Assembly (NCBI GenBank): GCA_964016885.1 | Contig: OZ024757.1 | Location: forward strand, 28,706,001-28,770,000 | Direction of reading: 5' to 3' | Source of the DNA: Eledone cirrhosa | Lineage: Eukaryota | Length of the DNA: 64,000 bases | Shown: one piece after another, positions 14,374 to 27,599 of the stretch | How positions within the stretch are numbered: the first letter of the stretch is position 1 | How the letters are laid out: every line of letters starts with the position of its first letter | Notes under the pieces: generated by a model | Databases searched by the model: none | What the model was told of the DNA's origin: nothing | What the model saw: only the letters and a program-made list of their open reading frames with translations | Program-made: the position numbers and the translations under genes

Positions 14374-14378
14374 CATAA

Positions 14379-14411
<33 letters not shown>

Positions 14412-14559
14412 AATATATATGTACATATATATATATATACATACATACATAAATATATATGTATATATATATATATATATACATACATAAATATATATAT
14501 ATATATACATACATAAATATATATGTATAAATATATATATATATATATATGTACTAATG

Positions 14560-14637
<78 letters not shown>
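14058..14637. repeat. (TA)n/TACA microsatellite with ~20-bp higher-order unit (ACATACATAAATATATATGT)
   Basis: Directly visible. Confidence 0.9.
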
Positions 14638-14639
<2 letters not shown>

Positions 14640-15154
14640 AAGGTGTTAGGTTAAATCAAGAACAGTTCATGTTCGATGATTTTATAAACAGTAAAATGTG
14701 ACAGTCAAGACAACAAAAGCCACTGTTGCTCCTATATAGAAATGCACACACACACACAGATATATATATATACATACACACACACGTGCATATATATACA
14801 CATATACAATGAATTATTAAGTGGGGTAATATATATATTTATGTATAAATATCATATAAACACACAATTTTCTTGTATTTATTACTAAAACCAATTTGAA
14901 ATAATAACGTAACTTATTCCTTAAAAGGGGATTAATTTTTTAAAGTATATATGTATATATATATATCATCATCATCATCACATCGTAGTTGTTTTAAAGT
15001 CTGCTTCCCTCTTAGCAAAGGATGGATGGGTCTACATAGACCAAGACAGTACTGAAGTCTGGGATCTGTGTCTTGCTTATGTCCTGTCTCACATTCTGTC
15101 GAGTCATATGAGAGAATGTCATATCTTTGACACATCTGATGGTCCGCCCCAACC

Positions 15155-15300
15155 CAGTGCTGGATTTAGGACAAATGAGGGCCCCAAACATTTTAAAAAT
15201 TCATTGTAAAAAATGTTTTTGGCAGGAAGATGGACCCCTTTCCCTGGTCAACGGGCCCCTGTGCTGAAGCACACCTAAGCGCAATGGTAAATTCAGCACA
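15155..15300 (+). mobile_element. hAT-like MITE copy 1
   Basis: TIRs CAGTGCTGGATTTA / TAAATTCAGCAC; homologous to 15699-15868. Confidence 0.7.
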
Positions 15301-15698
15301 AGTGGCCTGGCCAGATTAGGTCTACACCCAAGGGTGACCACATGGTGATGATAAACCAGGTGAGGGATTGGAGCTATCACCCTAGAACTCTACTACAGAC
15401 AACTAAAGGTGGTTAGGTGATGGTGTGAAATAAAGTTAGGACAGATTAATTTCACACTGCAGAGTAATCAGGTGGTGGTTTTAAACCAGGCTTGGTGTAC
15501 ACCCATGGGTAACCAGGTGGTAGTATGAAACCAAAGGATAGATTAGGGATAACCAGGTGATGGATTAGGCACGTCACCCAATTGGATGATGCTAAAAATA
15601 CCCATGGGCGGCCAGGTGGTGCTGTTAAACTGAGTGGTGTCTACCACATTAGGAGACTGTTAAAAACACGCAGGTAAGAACAGATTACGACCACCACC

Positions 15699-15868
15699 CG
15701 GTACTGGATTTAGGACAAATGAGGCCCTGTGCTTAGTTAAGTTATGAGAGCCCTTACTTGGGCCCTGAAGAAGGTAAAAAAATGTTTTTGGCAGGAAGAT
15801 AGGGGCACCCCTAGCCTACAGGGCCCTGTGTTTAAGTACACCTAAGTACAATGATAAATCCAGCACAG
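15699..15868 (+). mobile_element. hAT-like MITE copy 2
   Basis: TIRs CGGTACTGGATTTA / TAAATCCAGCACAG; 8-bp TSD CCACCACC / CCACCACT. Confidence 0.75.
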
Positions 15869-15939
15869 CCACCACTTTAGTTGACCCTGCTACAGGCACC
15901 TAAAGGGTGACCACATGGTGCTGTGAAACCAGGTGATGG

Positions 15940-15982
<43 letters not shown>

Positions 15983-16573
15983 TCATACATATACATAAAC
16001 ACATATGCATGTGCAAGTGAGTAAGTAAGTGTATGCGAGTGTGCGTGAGTTCCTTTGCTTTAACTGTTGTTGTTGAACTCAAAGGTCAGTCTTGATGAAG
16101 CAGGATGCTGATCAAAGGTGTTACAGACATAATTAACAATTCAGGTGTTGTATACCTAGGAGTATATTATCTCATGTATCACACGGGTTCTTTTTGGAAG
16201 GGAGTAAGTAAGTTGTGATATTTGGAGGAGAGATTTGACTAATTCTAGCAGGGTGAGTGATGACACTGTGGTGTCTCTCCCATGTGTGTGCTTATGTGTG
16301 CATGTATACCAAGGACTCGTGAGAGTTGGCCAACAAAAGCTATGTGGCTAGCCCTTTAATTACAGAGGAATGGAAGGGGCCAGAATTTGTCTATCATAGA
16401 GAAATGGATTGTGATTAAATATGTGCGAATATGAGTTAATATTTGAATCTGTATGTAAGTGCGTCTGTGTATGTGTGTATATCTAGATATATATTCACAC
16501 GCATACATATTAGCATGTTTGTGTGTGTATGAGTATATATATATACTTACATACATATACATGCACTTATATA

Positions 16574-16633
<60 letters not shown>

Positions 16634-16665
16634 ATATATATATATCAAACCGATGTAAATTGACG

Positions 16666-16706
<41 letters not shown>

Positions 16707-17046
16707 TGTGTGTGTGTGTTTGCATGTATGTGTAACCACTGGAGACATGAGTTAATTATTGTTTCTGTGATTGAGTTCAAAATTACCCACAATTCTATTG
16801 GGACTGAAATCCTTGAAACATTATTGTCATCACAGAAGAGCGGCAGTGGTGGTGATGGTGGTGGTGGTGGTGGTGGTGGTGGTGGCGGTGGTGGCGGTGG
16901 TGGTGGTGGTGGTGACGGTGGTGGTGACATTGATGGTGACAGTGACGGCAGCAGAGGATGAGTGATGATAATGGTGTAGATGGCATTATAAATGTTTACC
17001 ATTAGATTTGTGTGTTCACCTCTGCTGAAGCAATGCTGCCACCACC

Positions 17047-17081
<35 letters not shown>

Positions 17082-17652
17082 AACCACTACCACAACAACC
17101 ACCATTTATATATACGTACGTGTGTATTGTGTGTGTATGTGTATATATATATATATATGGTGGCTGCCAACTCGTTTTCGAGTACGGCCACTACTTTATA
17201 TCCATGTGAGAGAACGCCTACCGATGCCCTGAACAAGTGTGACTTTTTAGTCCAGCCAGCAACTTGAAAACTCTGGTACAAACACTACACCTGTGACAAT
17301 TATTGACACATAGTGCTGGGCCCATGGTTCCATGTAACGACAAGTGCAGAAAGATCTCCAGATATAAAGCAATGTCTGTGCCGTGAAGCTTTTATAGTGA
17401 GCAAAGGCACTGCACAAAGCCAGTCCCACTCTCTTAACCAAGATGATATTTACCAAAAAGAAGAACAAGTCAACATCATTGGATACCATCAGGGTTGCAG
17501 GTGTTATATCAGAGTTTTCCTTCTCCTAGAATTCTGCCTTGACAAAGGCTAATGGGTATATATATACACACACACACATATATATGTATATATGTGTGGG
17601 GGATGCATGGAGTGAGGGTGGTGTAGTGGTGCTGTGATGTTGAGAATAGCTA

Positions 17653-17945
17653 TTAGTGAAGGGTCTTCTTCAGCACCACATAACGCCAGCCCTCGTCTTT
17701 ACTCATTTCTGTTGAGTGGTTTAATTTTTTAAGGTCGGTCTTCCCAGCCTCATCTGGGTCTGCCTCTTTTTTAGGGTTGCTTCTGTAATTTGTCGGAGCA
17801 TTGCATCTTTTCTGTGTGTGGATATCATTTTTATCTCTATGTACTCTAGTGTGCCCCCATGTTCCATTTTGGCATGTTGGTGGAGTACTGATGAGTTTTT
17901 TCCTATCTCGGAGTTCTTGCCAATGTTCACTTATCCTTAGACAAA
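17653..17945 (-). pseudogene. Penelope-like GIY-YIG endonuclease remnant followed by half a hammerhead core
   Basis: Frameshifted LRISEHWQELRDRKK/SSVLHQHAKMEHGGTLEYIEIKMISTHRKDAMLRQITEATL resembles the R..EH / H..H / RQI.EA C-terminal part of PLE GIY-YIG; downstream CTGAAGAAGACCC. Confidence 0.65.
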
Positions 17946-18062
17946 TATAAATGAACTCCAACCAAAATTAAACAGAAAACATGAGTGGAATAACAACAAC
18001 ATCACAACTCGTAATTAAGGATAAGATGAAGACATACATACAGAGACACACAAGAACCAAAC

Positions 18063-18254
18063 TAATAATTGTTTCTACTTTTGGCACAAGGCCAGCAATT
18101 ATTCCAGTACATTACTGGTACTTTATTTTATCGACCCCGTAAGGATGAAAGGCAAAGTTAACCTCGACAGGATTTGAACTCAGACCATAAAGGGACGTAA
18201 CTATGCTACAAAGCATGGTGTCCAACCCTCTACTGATACTGCCAATCCACCAAG
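18063..18254 (-). mobile_element. SINE family B copy
   Basis: Full-length match to family B. Confidence 0.85.
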
Positions 18255-18424
18255 CCAGACACACACAGATAGAACAAGCAACCAACTAGTGACAAGTAAA
18301 TAAACATATAAATAAAAACACACACTTGGATATAACGCATGCACAAACCAAATACACAGCACACAACACACAAAAACAAGATGGTTTAGGACAGAACAAA
18401 AGAGAGACACAAAATAAGAAATCA

Positions 18425-18465
18425 GTAACTGAGGAGGTCACAATGAGTGACGAAAGGGCTTTGAC
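18425..18465 (+). ncRNA. Minimal type I hammerhead ribozyme motif
   Basis: GUAA-CUGAGGA-G GUCAC AAUGA GUGAC-GAAA-GGGC-UU-UGAC; stem I has one mismatch. Confidence 0.6.
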
Positions 18466-18868
18466 AATATATAACCTTTCGGTTATTGCAACAACCAACC
18501 AGAAATTTATGATAAATTGAAGTGAAAATCAACAGGTGCATGTGTTTTTATGGCAGCATGACCCTCCCAAAGTATAAAAATATATATATGTGTGTATGCA
18601 AAAGGCAAACACACACACATGCATATCTATTATATAATGAATATAACAGTTTTAGTCCTGTAGAAGTAATTTCTATAATAATATAAATATATATATATTA
18701 CACACACACACATACACAAACATATATAAACCATGCTGTGAAAATGTAAGCTAGGCTTATAAGCTGTAGTTATAACTACATTAAACTTATCTTAGATTTT
18801 TCTAATATATGCTGTGTTAGGCTTAAATATTCATTATTTAATATATACATTTCTATATGTTTGTGTGT

Positions 18869-18913
<45 letters not shown>

Positions 18914-19291
18914 AAGACATATTGTTTATAGTTTATTTATTCACAAACCTAATATACAATAGAATGTAAGCTATTTATTGTAAACCTCTAAAATATATAC
19001 ACCATTTTTAAGTTAGCGGATTTTGTTAATACAAAACTTAAAACAATAAACAAGATTAAAGAGATAACACACCACCAACATCATACACCCTCTCGTATGA
19101 ATTACAGTATATACACACATACCTATATATATATATAGTGTAGCTATGTAATAATATATTGTTTATATTTTATTATTATATACTATATTGTAGATATTAT
19201 CGATGTAGAATATATTTTTAGGTATATAATGTATTAATGATATCCATAAGATAATATGATATTATGGATACATAATACATTATTCTATGTT

Positions 19292-19350
<59 letters not shown>

Positions 19351-19845
19351 GTTAAGACCCTCTTCCTGCTATTTCAAGCATTAAACTAATATATTCTTTT
19401 CATAAACTGTATGGTTTGTTTTGTTATATCTGTTTACCTATTACACACACACACATATATATATATGAATTAGTCAGGACCCCGACGACTGAGCTCTTGC
19501 TGTTTTAACAGCTAGTTCCAGACTAGAACTCGGTTGGAGCTAACTGTATAAACAGCAAGAACTCGGCCGTCGGGGTCCTGATTCATTCAGATAACCAGAC
19601 TCTACAACCCCAAATATCGAGTACTATGGTCAGTAATGGTCTAACTAGTTTCTTATTGAATCCATCTTGATTTATATATATATATATCTAGGGCAAGTAA
19701 AATTCCCGAGATCCATGGACAAGTTCTCTCCAGCGGTCTCTGACCCTCATCATTGCCAGCATGCCCTGCATCTCCCAGAGACCAGTGTCTGTCTTTAGGG
19801 CATCAATATACATCATTTTCGGTCTCCCTCTTCTATTATGTCTGT

Positions 19846-21426
19846 ATGGAAAAGTACCTAGCTAAAAGTAAGCCACTCTACTTGGCATTTGTCGACCTTG
19901 AGAAAGCCTTTGACAGAGTTCCACGTGCTGTAATCTGGTGGGCTCTTAGAAAACTAGGAGTAGATGAATGGCTTGTGAAAGCGGTACAAGCCATGTATAG
20001 GGGAGCAGTAGCAAAGTTAGGATTAGCAATGAGTATAGCGAGGAATTTAGCGTACAGGTTGGGGTCCACCAGGGCTCTGTTCTTAGCCCCCTCCTGTTCA
20101 TCATAGTCCTGCAGGCAATAACGGAGGAGTTTAAGACCGGATGCCCATGGGAACTCCTGTATGCTGATAACCTCGCACTTATAGCTGAATCTATGGTAGA
20201 ACTAGAGAATAAATTCAAAACTTGGAAGCAGGGACTAGAAAGAAAGGGTCTCAAAGTCAACATGACAAAGACTAAGGTCCTTGTAAGTAGACGAGAAAAC
20301 AGAACCCAGATCCCCTCAGGGAAATGGCCTTGCTCAGTATGTAGAAAAGGTGTAGGTAGGAACTCCATTCTCTGCCCCAAATGCAAACAATGGGTACACA
20401 AGAGATGTAGCGGGATCTCAGGAAGCTTAATTAAGAATGTAGGCTTCACATGCAGCAGCTGTGCTGGGACAGCAAGCAGCAAACAGCCACAGGAAACAAG
20501 TACCACCAATCTCTGGGAGGGCTCTGTAGAAACAGTAGACAGCTTCTGCTACCTAGGTGACCGAATTAGCAGCGGAAGTGGGTGTTCAGAAAGTACAATA
20601 ACTAGGGTAAGAACGGGATGGAAGAAGTTTAGGGAACTACTACCACTGCTAGCTGCAAAAGGCTTCTCCCTCAGAATGAAAGGCAGACTGTATGATGTGT
20701 GTATCCAAACAGCGATGTTGCATGGTAGTGAGACCTGGGCGCTGAAGGTGGAAGACTTACGTAGATTAGAGAGAAACGAAGCCTGCATGCTCCGATGGAT
20801 GTGTAACAGTAATATACGTGAACGACAAAGCATAAACGAATTGAGAGAGAGACTGAGCATAAGAGGAATCAAATGCTGTGTGCAGGAGAGGCGGTTGCGC
20901 TGGTATGGACATGTGATGCGTATGAAGGATGACAGCTGCATAAAAAGGTGCAGAGCACTAGAAGTCGATGGAAACCGCAGAGTGGGGAGACCCAAGATGA
21001 CCTGGGATGAGGTGATAAAAGCCGACCTTACCCAATTACACCTCTCAAAGGCGATGACACACGACAGTGACCTCTGGCGTCACGCAGTAATACAGAGTAC
21101 CCGACCTCCCATGGGTACAAGCTGAAGCATATAGAAAATATGCCCCCACACACCCCACCGCAAGGTGGTCGTGGAGGTGCAACGGCAAAAAAGCACCCAG
21201 CCCACACTGTAAAGTGGACGTGTAGGCGCCACGAAAAAGCACACAGCACTCACTGTAAATGAGGTTGGTGTTAGGAAGGGCATCCAGCTGTAGAAATCAA
21301 GCCAAATCAGTTCCTGTATGAGCAAGGCATGGTCAGCCGACCAGACACTGCCCACAACAGGACAACCCGTCTAACCTATGCTAGCGTGGAAGAACGGACG
21401 TAAAACGGTGATGATGATGATGATGA
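19846..21426 (+). mobile_element. 5'-truncated RTE-clade LINE, copy 2, with a long SINE-like 3' region
   Basis: LAFVDLEKAFDRVPR, GVHQGSVLSPLLF, LYADNL (catalytic D to N), PHD-like finger, SFCYLG, ERRLRWYGHVMRM, GRPKMTW; ends GGACGTAAAACGG(TGA)n. Confidence 0.95.
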
Positions 21427-22289
21427 ATATTATTTATTTTGATAACAATACCTTAACATCAGTATAAGTGGCTGGTTACAGCCGGTTTGAACAGAAAGCG
21501 GTGAGAGAATTCTGGACGGTTATGGCCGGTTTAAATGCTAAAGGGTTAAGTTATGTTCCAAACACCAATTTTAAATTAAGAAAGTCAGTTATATTATTAA
21601 ATTATTCCAAATTCTTGAAAATCAGAGGCAATGTATTTCATTGGAAATATGATAACGAAAGGTTTACATTTTTCATGACTACATTTCTACCAAAAATACA
21701 CTCCCTGTGAAAATAATTATTTCTACTTTTGGCACAAGGCCAGAAATTACTCCAGTGCATTACTGGTACTTTATTTTATCGACCCCATAGGCAAAGTTAA
21801 CCTCGGGGGGGGGGGGGGGGGGGGATTTGAACTTGGAACGTAAAGGATCATAGTTCAAATCCCAACTAATATAACAACTAACTGCCCCTCTTCACACCCA
21901 ACTACATCAACACTACCACAACAATACCACCACCACCACCACCACTGCCATCTTCACTGCCATCTTCATAACCATCACCCTCACCACTAAACCAACATTA
22001 CTATCATCAACAACACAATTATTTAAGACTACATTCGTTTATGTCACAAGTGGCTCTAATGAATCTATGAATAATTCATAAGTTTATTGTTGTTGTTGTT
22101 GTTGTGGCTGGAGAATTTGTTGTAGTTGTTGTAGTGGTAGTGTTATGGCGGTGGTAGGGATAGTAGTGGTGGCATTGGTGGTTATGTTTTTGTTGTGGCT
22201 GGAGATTGTTGTTGTTGTTGTTGTTGTTGCAGGTGGTGGTCTTAGTAACACCACACCATAGAGCTATACTGTACCACACAACACAACTA

Positions 22290-23280
22290 TCACCAACACC
22301 ACCTCCATAACCACCAAAACTACCATCATCATCAAAACAACCAAAACCACCACCAACAACCATAATCACCACCACCAACACCATCATAAGCACCAGCAAC
22401 AACAATAACGCCATCACAACCACCACCATCATCACCAACACCATCACAACCACCAGCACCACCATCACAACCACCACCACCATTACAACCACCAACACCA
22501 CCATTACAACCACCAACACCACCAACACCACAACCACCATCATCACAACCACCACCATCACCAACACCATCACAACCACCAGCACCACCATCACAACCAC
22601 CACCACCACAGACACCACCATTACAACCACCAACACCACAACCACCATCATCACAACCAACACCATCACAACCACCAGCACCACCACCAACACCACAACC
22701 ACCATCATCACAACCACCACCATCACCAACACCATCACAACCACCACCACCACAGACACCACCATTACAACCACCAATACTACCATTACAACCACCAACA
22801 CCACAACCACCATCATCACAACCACCACCATCACCAACACCATCACAACGACCAGCACCACCATCACAACCACCACCACCACAGACACCACCATTACAAC
22901 CACCAATACCACCATCACAACCACCACCACCACAGACACCACCATTACAACCACCAATACCACCATCACAACCACCAGCACCACCACCACCACCACAGAC
23001 ACCACCAACACCACCATTACAACCACCAACACCACAACCACCATCATCACAACCACCACCATCACCAACACCATCACAACCACCAGCACCACCATCACAA
23101 CCACCACCACAGACACCACCATTACAACCACCAATACCACCATTACAACCACCAACACCACAACCACCATCATCACAACCACCACCATCACCAACACCAT
23201 CATAACCACCAGCACCATCATCACAACCACCAGCACCATCATCGCAACCATAATCACCAACACCACCACCATTGCCATTA
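22290..23280. repeat. (ACC/ATC/ACA)n low-complexity array with higher-order duplications
   Basis: Directly visible; the Val/Met-only ORF is an artefact. Confidence 0.9.
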
Positions 23281-24261
23281 TATAGTAAAATATTGCTGAC
23301 AGTGATGAGATGGTGGGAGGGAGATGTGACAGGGTGGAGAGGTGGTGGAAGGAGTCATCTATATCATGTTTTGAAGCGGCGGGTTGAGGGGGGGAGGAGT
23401 TTTGAGGGGGACAGGAGTAAAGGAGTGAGGGTCAGAGGTCAGTGATTATTAACTGTGTGTGTGTACATGTGTGTGTGTTTATGTTTACACAAGCATGTGT
23501 GTATAGATTTATGTGTGTGTGCGTGTGTGTTTATGCGAGTGTGTGTGTGCGTGTGTGTTTATGCGAGTGTGTGTGTTTATGTTTACATGAGCAGGTGTAT
23601 AGATTTATGTGTGTGTGTGTTTATATGTGTATATGTTTATGTGAGCATGTGTGTATATGTTTATATGTGTGTGTGTAATATGGATAGGAATGTGTTTGTG
23701 TGTGCACACATGCATGTGCGTTTGTGTGAATGTATTTATGCATGTGTGTGAATCTGTGTGTATATGAACATATGCGAGCATGTATGTGTGTGTGTGTATG
23801 AATGTTTTTCTTTGTGCGTCTGCATATGTGTGTGCATGTGCATTCATGAATGTGTGCATGTTTATGTGTGTATCAATGGAAGCGAGCATATATGTATATG
23901 AATATATTTCTTTGCATGTGTGCGTGTGTGTGCAGGTGGGGGTTCGGGGGGGATTTGGGTGGGAGTGGAAATCATTTCTACACAGATATGACACTAATTA
24001 CCGCCATGAATCAATTCTAGTGACATAATGGGGTAGATAGTGGTCCCACCTCATCACCACATCCACCATCATCCCCACCACCAACGCCACCACATACACC
24101 ACCACTGCTACCACCACCACCCACATGTGTGTTGTTGTTGTTAATGCTGTTGTCTTTGCAGAATGCATATAGCTACTATGTATGGATATGCGAAGACATA
24201 AACACTTATGCATGCACATAGTTATATATATATATATATTATATATATATATATATATTTA

Positions 24262-24538
24262 AAGGTTAAACAAGGTTCAATGAATAAAGTTTTACAATAG
24301 ATTAGAAGCACTCCACAGTTATTAATATTAATTCAAAATAAAATACAAATATAGACATTTGTGTGATCATTGTGACTACCATGACTGAATTGTAACCATC
24401 TACTTAGTCAAGGTATGTCAAACATCATCTTATTTTATCTGATGAGGACGTACTGTTGAAGATAGCTCAGTACCTCTGAAATATGTATAATAAAATAAAC
24501 TTGATCACACGAATGTCTATATTTGTTAATATTTTGAA

Positions 24539-24545
<7 letters not shown>
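24262..24545. mobile_element. Short hammerhead-bearing PLE-derived cassette in (TA)n
   Basis: Inverted repeats 24325-24369 / 24502-24545; hammerhead at 24431-24497; homologous to 34540-34830 and 47330-47763. Confidence 0.75.
24431..24497 (+). ncRNA. Type I hammerhead ribozyme
   Basis: UAUUUUAU-CUGAUGA-GGACGUACUG..CAGUACCUCU-GAAA-UAUGUA-UA^AUAAAAUA; perfect 8-bp stem I and intact core. Confidence 0.8.
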
Positions 24546-24569
<24 letters not shown>

Positions 24570-24728
24570 CATCATCATCATCGTTTAACGTCCATCTTCC
24601 ACGCTAGCATGGGTTAGACGGGAGTTGTCCCACTTGAGGCAAGGTTGGTCGGGTGACCGTGTCTCGCTCATATAGGACTATCTGGCAGGTTTTCTACGGC
24701 TGGATGCCCTTCCTATAGATATATAGGA

Positions 24729-24778
<50 letters not shown>

Positions 24779-24831
24779 GTGTGTATGTGTGTATATATAT
24801 ATATATTTTATATATATATATATACACACAT

Positions 24832-24935
24832 AGGCACATGGCTTTGTGGTTAGGGAATTTGGCTCACAATCATGAGTTTGATTCCCAGCGGCACACTGTG
24901 TCCTTGAGCAAGACACTTTATTTCATGTTGCCCCA
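24832..24935 (+). mobile_element. SINE family A-related 5' fragment
   Basis: AGGCACATGGCTTTGTGGTTAGG..TGTGTCCTTGAGCAAGACACTTTATTTC. Confidence 0.7.
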
Positions 24936-25280
24936 GGTATTACATACAAGAGATAACTCCCCAATATTACCATATATACAGGGTCTCCCACAAAAAATGT
25001 ATACACACTTTGACAGCATTCTAATCAAAGTATCAGTGCATATTTGCAGTTAGATTTATATAGATACTTATAAGAAATTGCAAAATTTCATATATATATT
25101 CCAGTGCACACACACACATGTATATATATATATATTCCTACATGCACACATGTATATATATTCCCACATGCATACATATCTAGCATTATCCTATTATAGT
25201 ACCTTTTAAATATTCTTGTAGGAGGTATAAGAGAAGATGAAAGGGGCAAATGTAGTGTTGGTGGTTGTGGTGTTAGTGGT

Positions 25281-25466
25281 AATAATTGTTTCTACTTTAG
25301 GCACAAGGCCAGCAATTACCCAGTGCATTACTGGTACTTTATTTTATCGACCCCTTAAGGATGAAAGGCAAAGTCAACCTCAGCGGGATTTGAACTCGGA
25401 TCGTAAAGGGGCGTAACTCTATGCTTGAAAGCATGGCGTCCGACCCTCTACCGATACTGCCAATTA
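25281..25466 (-). mobile_element. SINE family B copy
   Basis: Full-length match to family B. Confidence 0.85.
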
Positions 25467-25749
25467 TAATTGTGGTGGCAGTGTTAATGGTTGTGTTAGC
25501 AGTGGTATTGATACTGCTGAGATGGTGTTCATAGTGGTGGTGGTGGTGTTAGTGGTTGTGCTGGGTTGGTGGTAATAGTGGTGGTGGTGGTGGTGGTGGA
25601 TGGTGATAGTGTAGTGATAGTGTGAAAGATTGAAGAGATAGTTCCAAACACATATTCACACATATACATACAAACATATCAGTATATGTATTATACATAT
25701 ATATATATATATACATACATATATATATATATATCTATCTAGGGTAAGT

Positions 25750-25797
<48 letters not shown>

Positions 25798-26248
25798 TGT
25801 ATGTACGAAAAGAACCACACACATATCTATAAACATATTATCATTATTATATACACACACACACATATATATATATATATACACGCACACACACACACAT
25901 TATATATATATATATATATATGGATATATATATAACAGCAGAATATTTAACAGACTATTCGACAAAGAGGTGAATCACAACACCATTTTTTTCTTTTTTG
26001 CTGCCTTGCTCTTGTCACTTGTCCAAGAGACTGGAATTATTTTCATTGCAAGTCCTTTCTAACAGAATCTCATGAAGGTTAAAGATACAACATCAAAGGC
26101 TGTATTATAGCTCTGACATTTCCCAATTCTAGAAACTTCCAACGCATACCTTTGTGTATATGCATATGTCTGCATGAATACATGTATGTATGTATGCGTG
26201 TGTGTGAGAGAGTATGTTTGTATGGATGTGTTGTTATATATATGCATA

Positions 26249-26283
<35 letters not shown>

Positions 26284-26874
26284 GTATATATATATATATA
26301 TATGCATATATATATATATATATGCATAGCTGTGTGTGTAAATAGCTATCTATATATATATATACACACACACACAGATATGCATATATATATATATATA
26401 TATATATGTGTGCATATCTCTGTGTGTGTATATATATATCTATAAACACATGAGTGTGTGTGTTAGGAAAGAAATGACTATGTTTGAGTTTTAACATTTT
26501 CTTCAGATCTAGCTCATAATTTCTTGAGTCCTTTGCAGTTCGTTTAGCACAACTAAAGTCCTAAATCCATAATTAAATCAATGTTTCTAGATTTTCACAG
26601 ACTCATCCTCAGGATGTGGAATGTTGTTGGTTTATTTTTACTGTAACTTGTATGTTTTTGACCCAGGAATTAACATGTATGTGGCAGTGTCTTCCACCAA
26701 CATAGATACCCTTAACGTAATTCTGAAGTAAAATCAGTTTGATGCATTACATAATGTGATAAAGCTGTATTACAGTTACAAACCATCCAATCTTCTTAAT
26801 TATATTAGTTATACTGGCACCCACATCGATGAATGGATGGGTGGGTGGGTGGATGGATAGATAGAGACATGCAA

Positions 26875-27333
26875 TCCACACTACTCTATGAAGTGGTCAT
26901 TTAGGTGACATGACAAAAAGCACCCAGACCACACTGTCAGGTGGTCATGTAAGTGTCACAATAAAAAGCACCTAGCCCACACTTTAAGGTGGTCATATAG
27001 GTGTCACAACACTTAGCACCTAGCCCACACTGTAAGGTGGTCATGTAGGTGTCACAACAAAAAGCACCTAGCCCACACTGTAAAATGGTTGTGCAGGTGT
27101 CACAACGAAAAGCACCTAGCCCACACTGTAAAATGGTTGTGCAGGTGTCACAACAAAAAGCAGCCAGCACACCCTGGTTTGGCATTAGGAAAGGCATCCA
27201 GCTGTAGAAAACTAGCCAAGATCAGTTCTGTGTATGTGAATGAAGGTCGTCTGACCTGATTTCTCACACAGGGACTGCCTGTCCTTCCCATGCTAGTGTG
27301 GAAAATGGACGCTAAATGATGATGATGATGATG

Positions 27334-27335
<2 letters not shown>
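26875..27335 (+). repeat. 48-bp tandem array (~6 copies) running into a SINE/RTE tail
   Basis: Unit AAAAAGCACCTAGCCCACACTGTAAGGTGGTCATGTAGGTGTCACAAC, then GGCATCCAGCTGTAGAAA..GGACGCTAAA(TGA)n. Confidence 0.85.
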
Positions 27336-27386
<51 letters not shown>

Positions 27387-27441
27387 TAAACATAGACAGA
27401 CAGCTGGATAGACTGGTTGACAAAGAGACAGAATGACATGC

Positions 27442-27473
<32 letters not shown>

Positions 27474-27599
27474 GGAGAGAGAGAGCAAATAGACAGGCAG
27501 ACACACAGACAGATAGATAGATATACATACATAATTAATTAAATAGATTGTTACAGGGAGAATGAAAGAGAAGTGATAGCAGTAGGTATAAAGTTTAAC

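Noticed and set aside
22076-23278. 400-aa Val/Met ORF, and similar ORFs at 27312-29028 and 48959-50021
   Set aside because: Translations of (ACC/GGT)n simple repeats.
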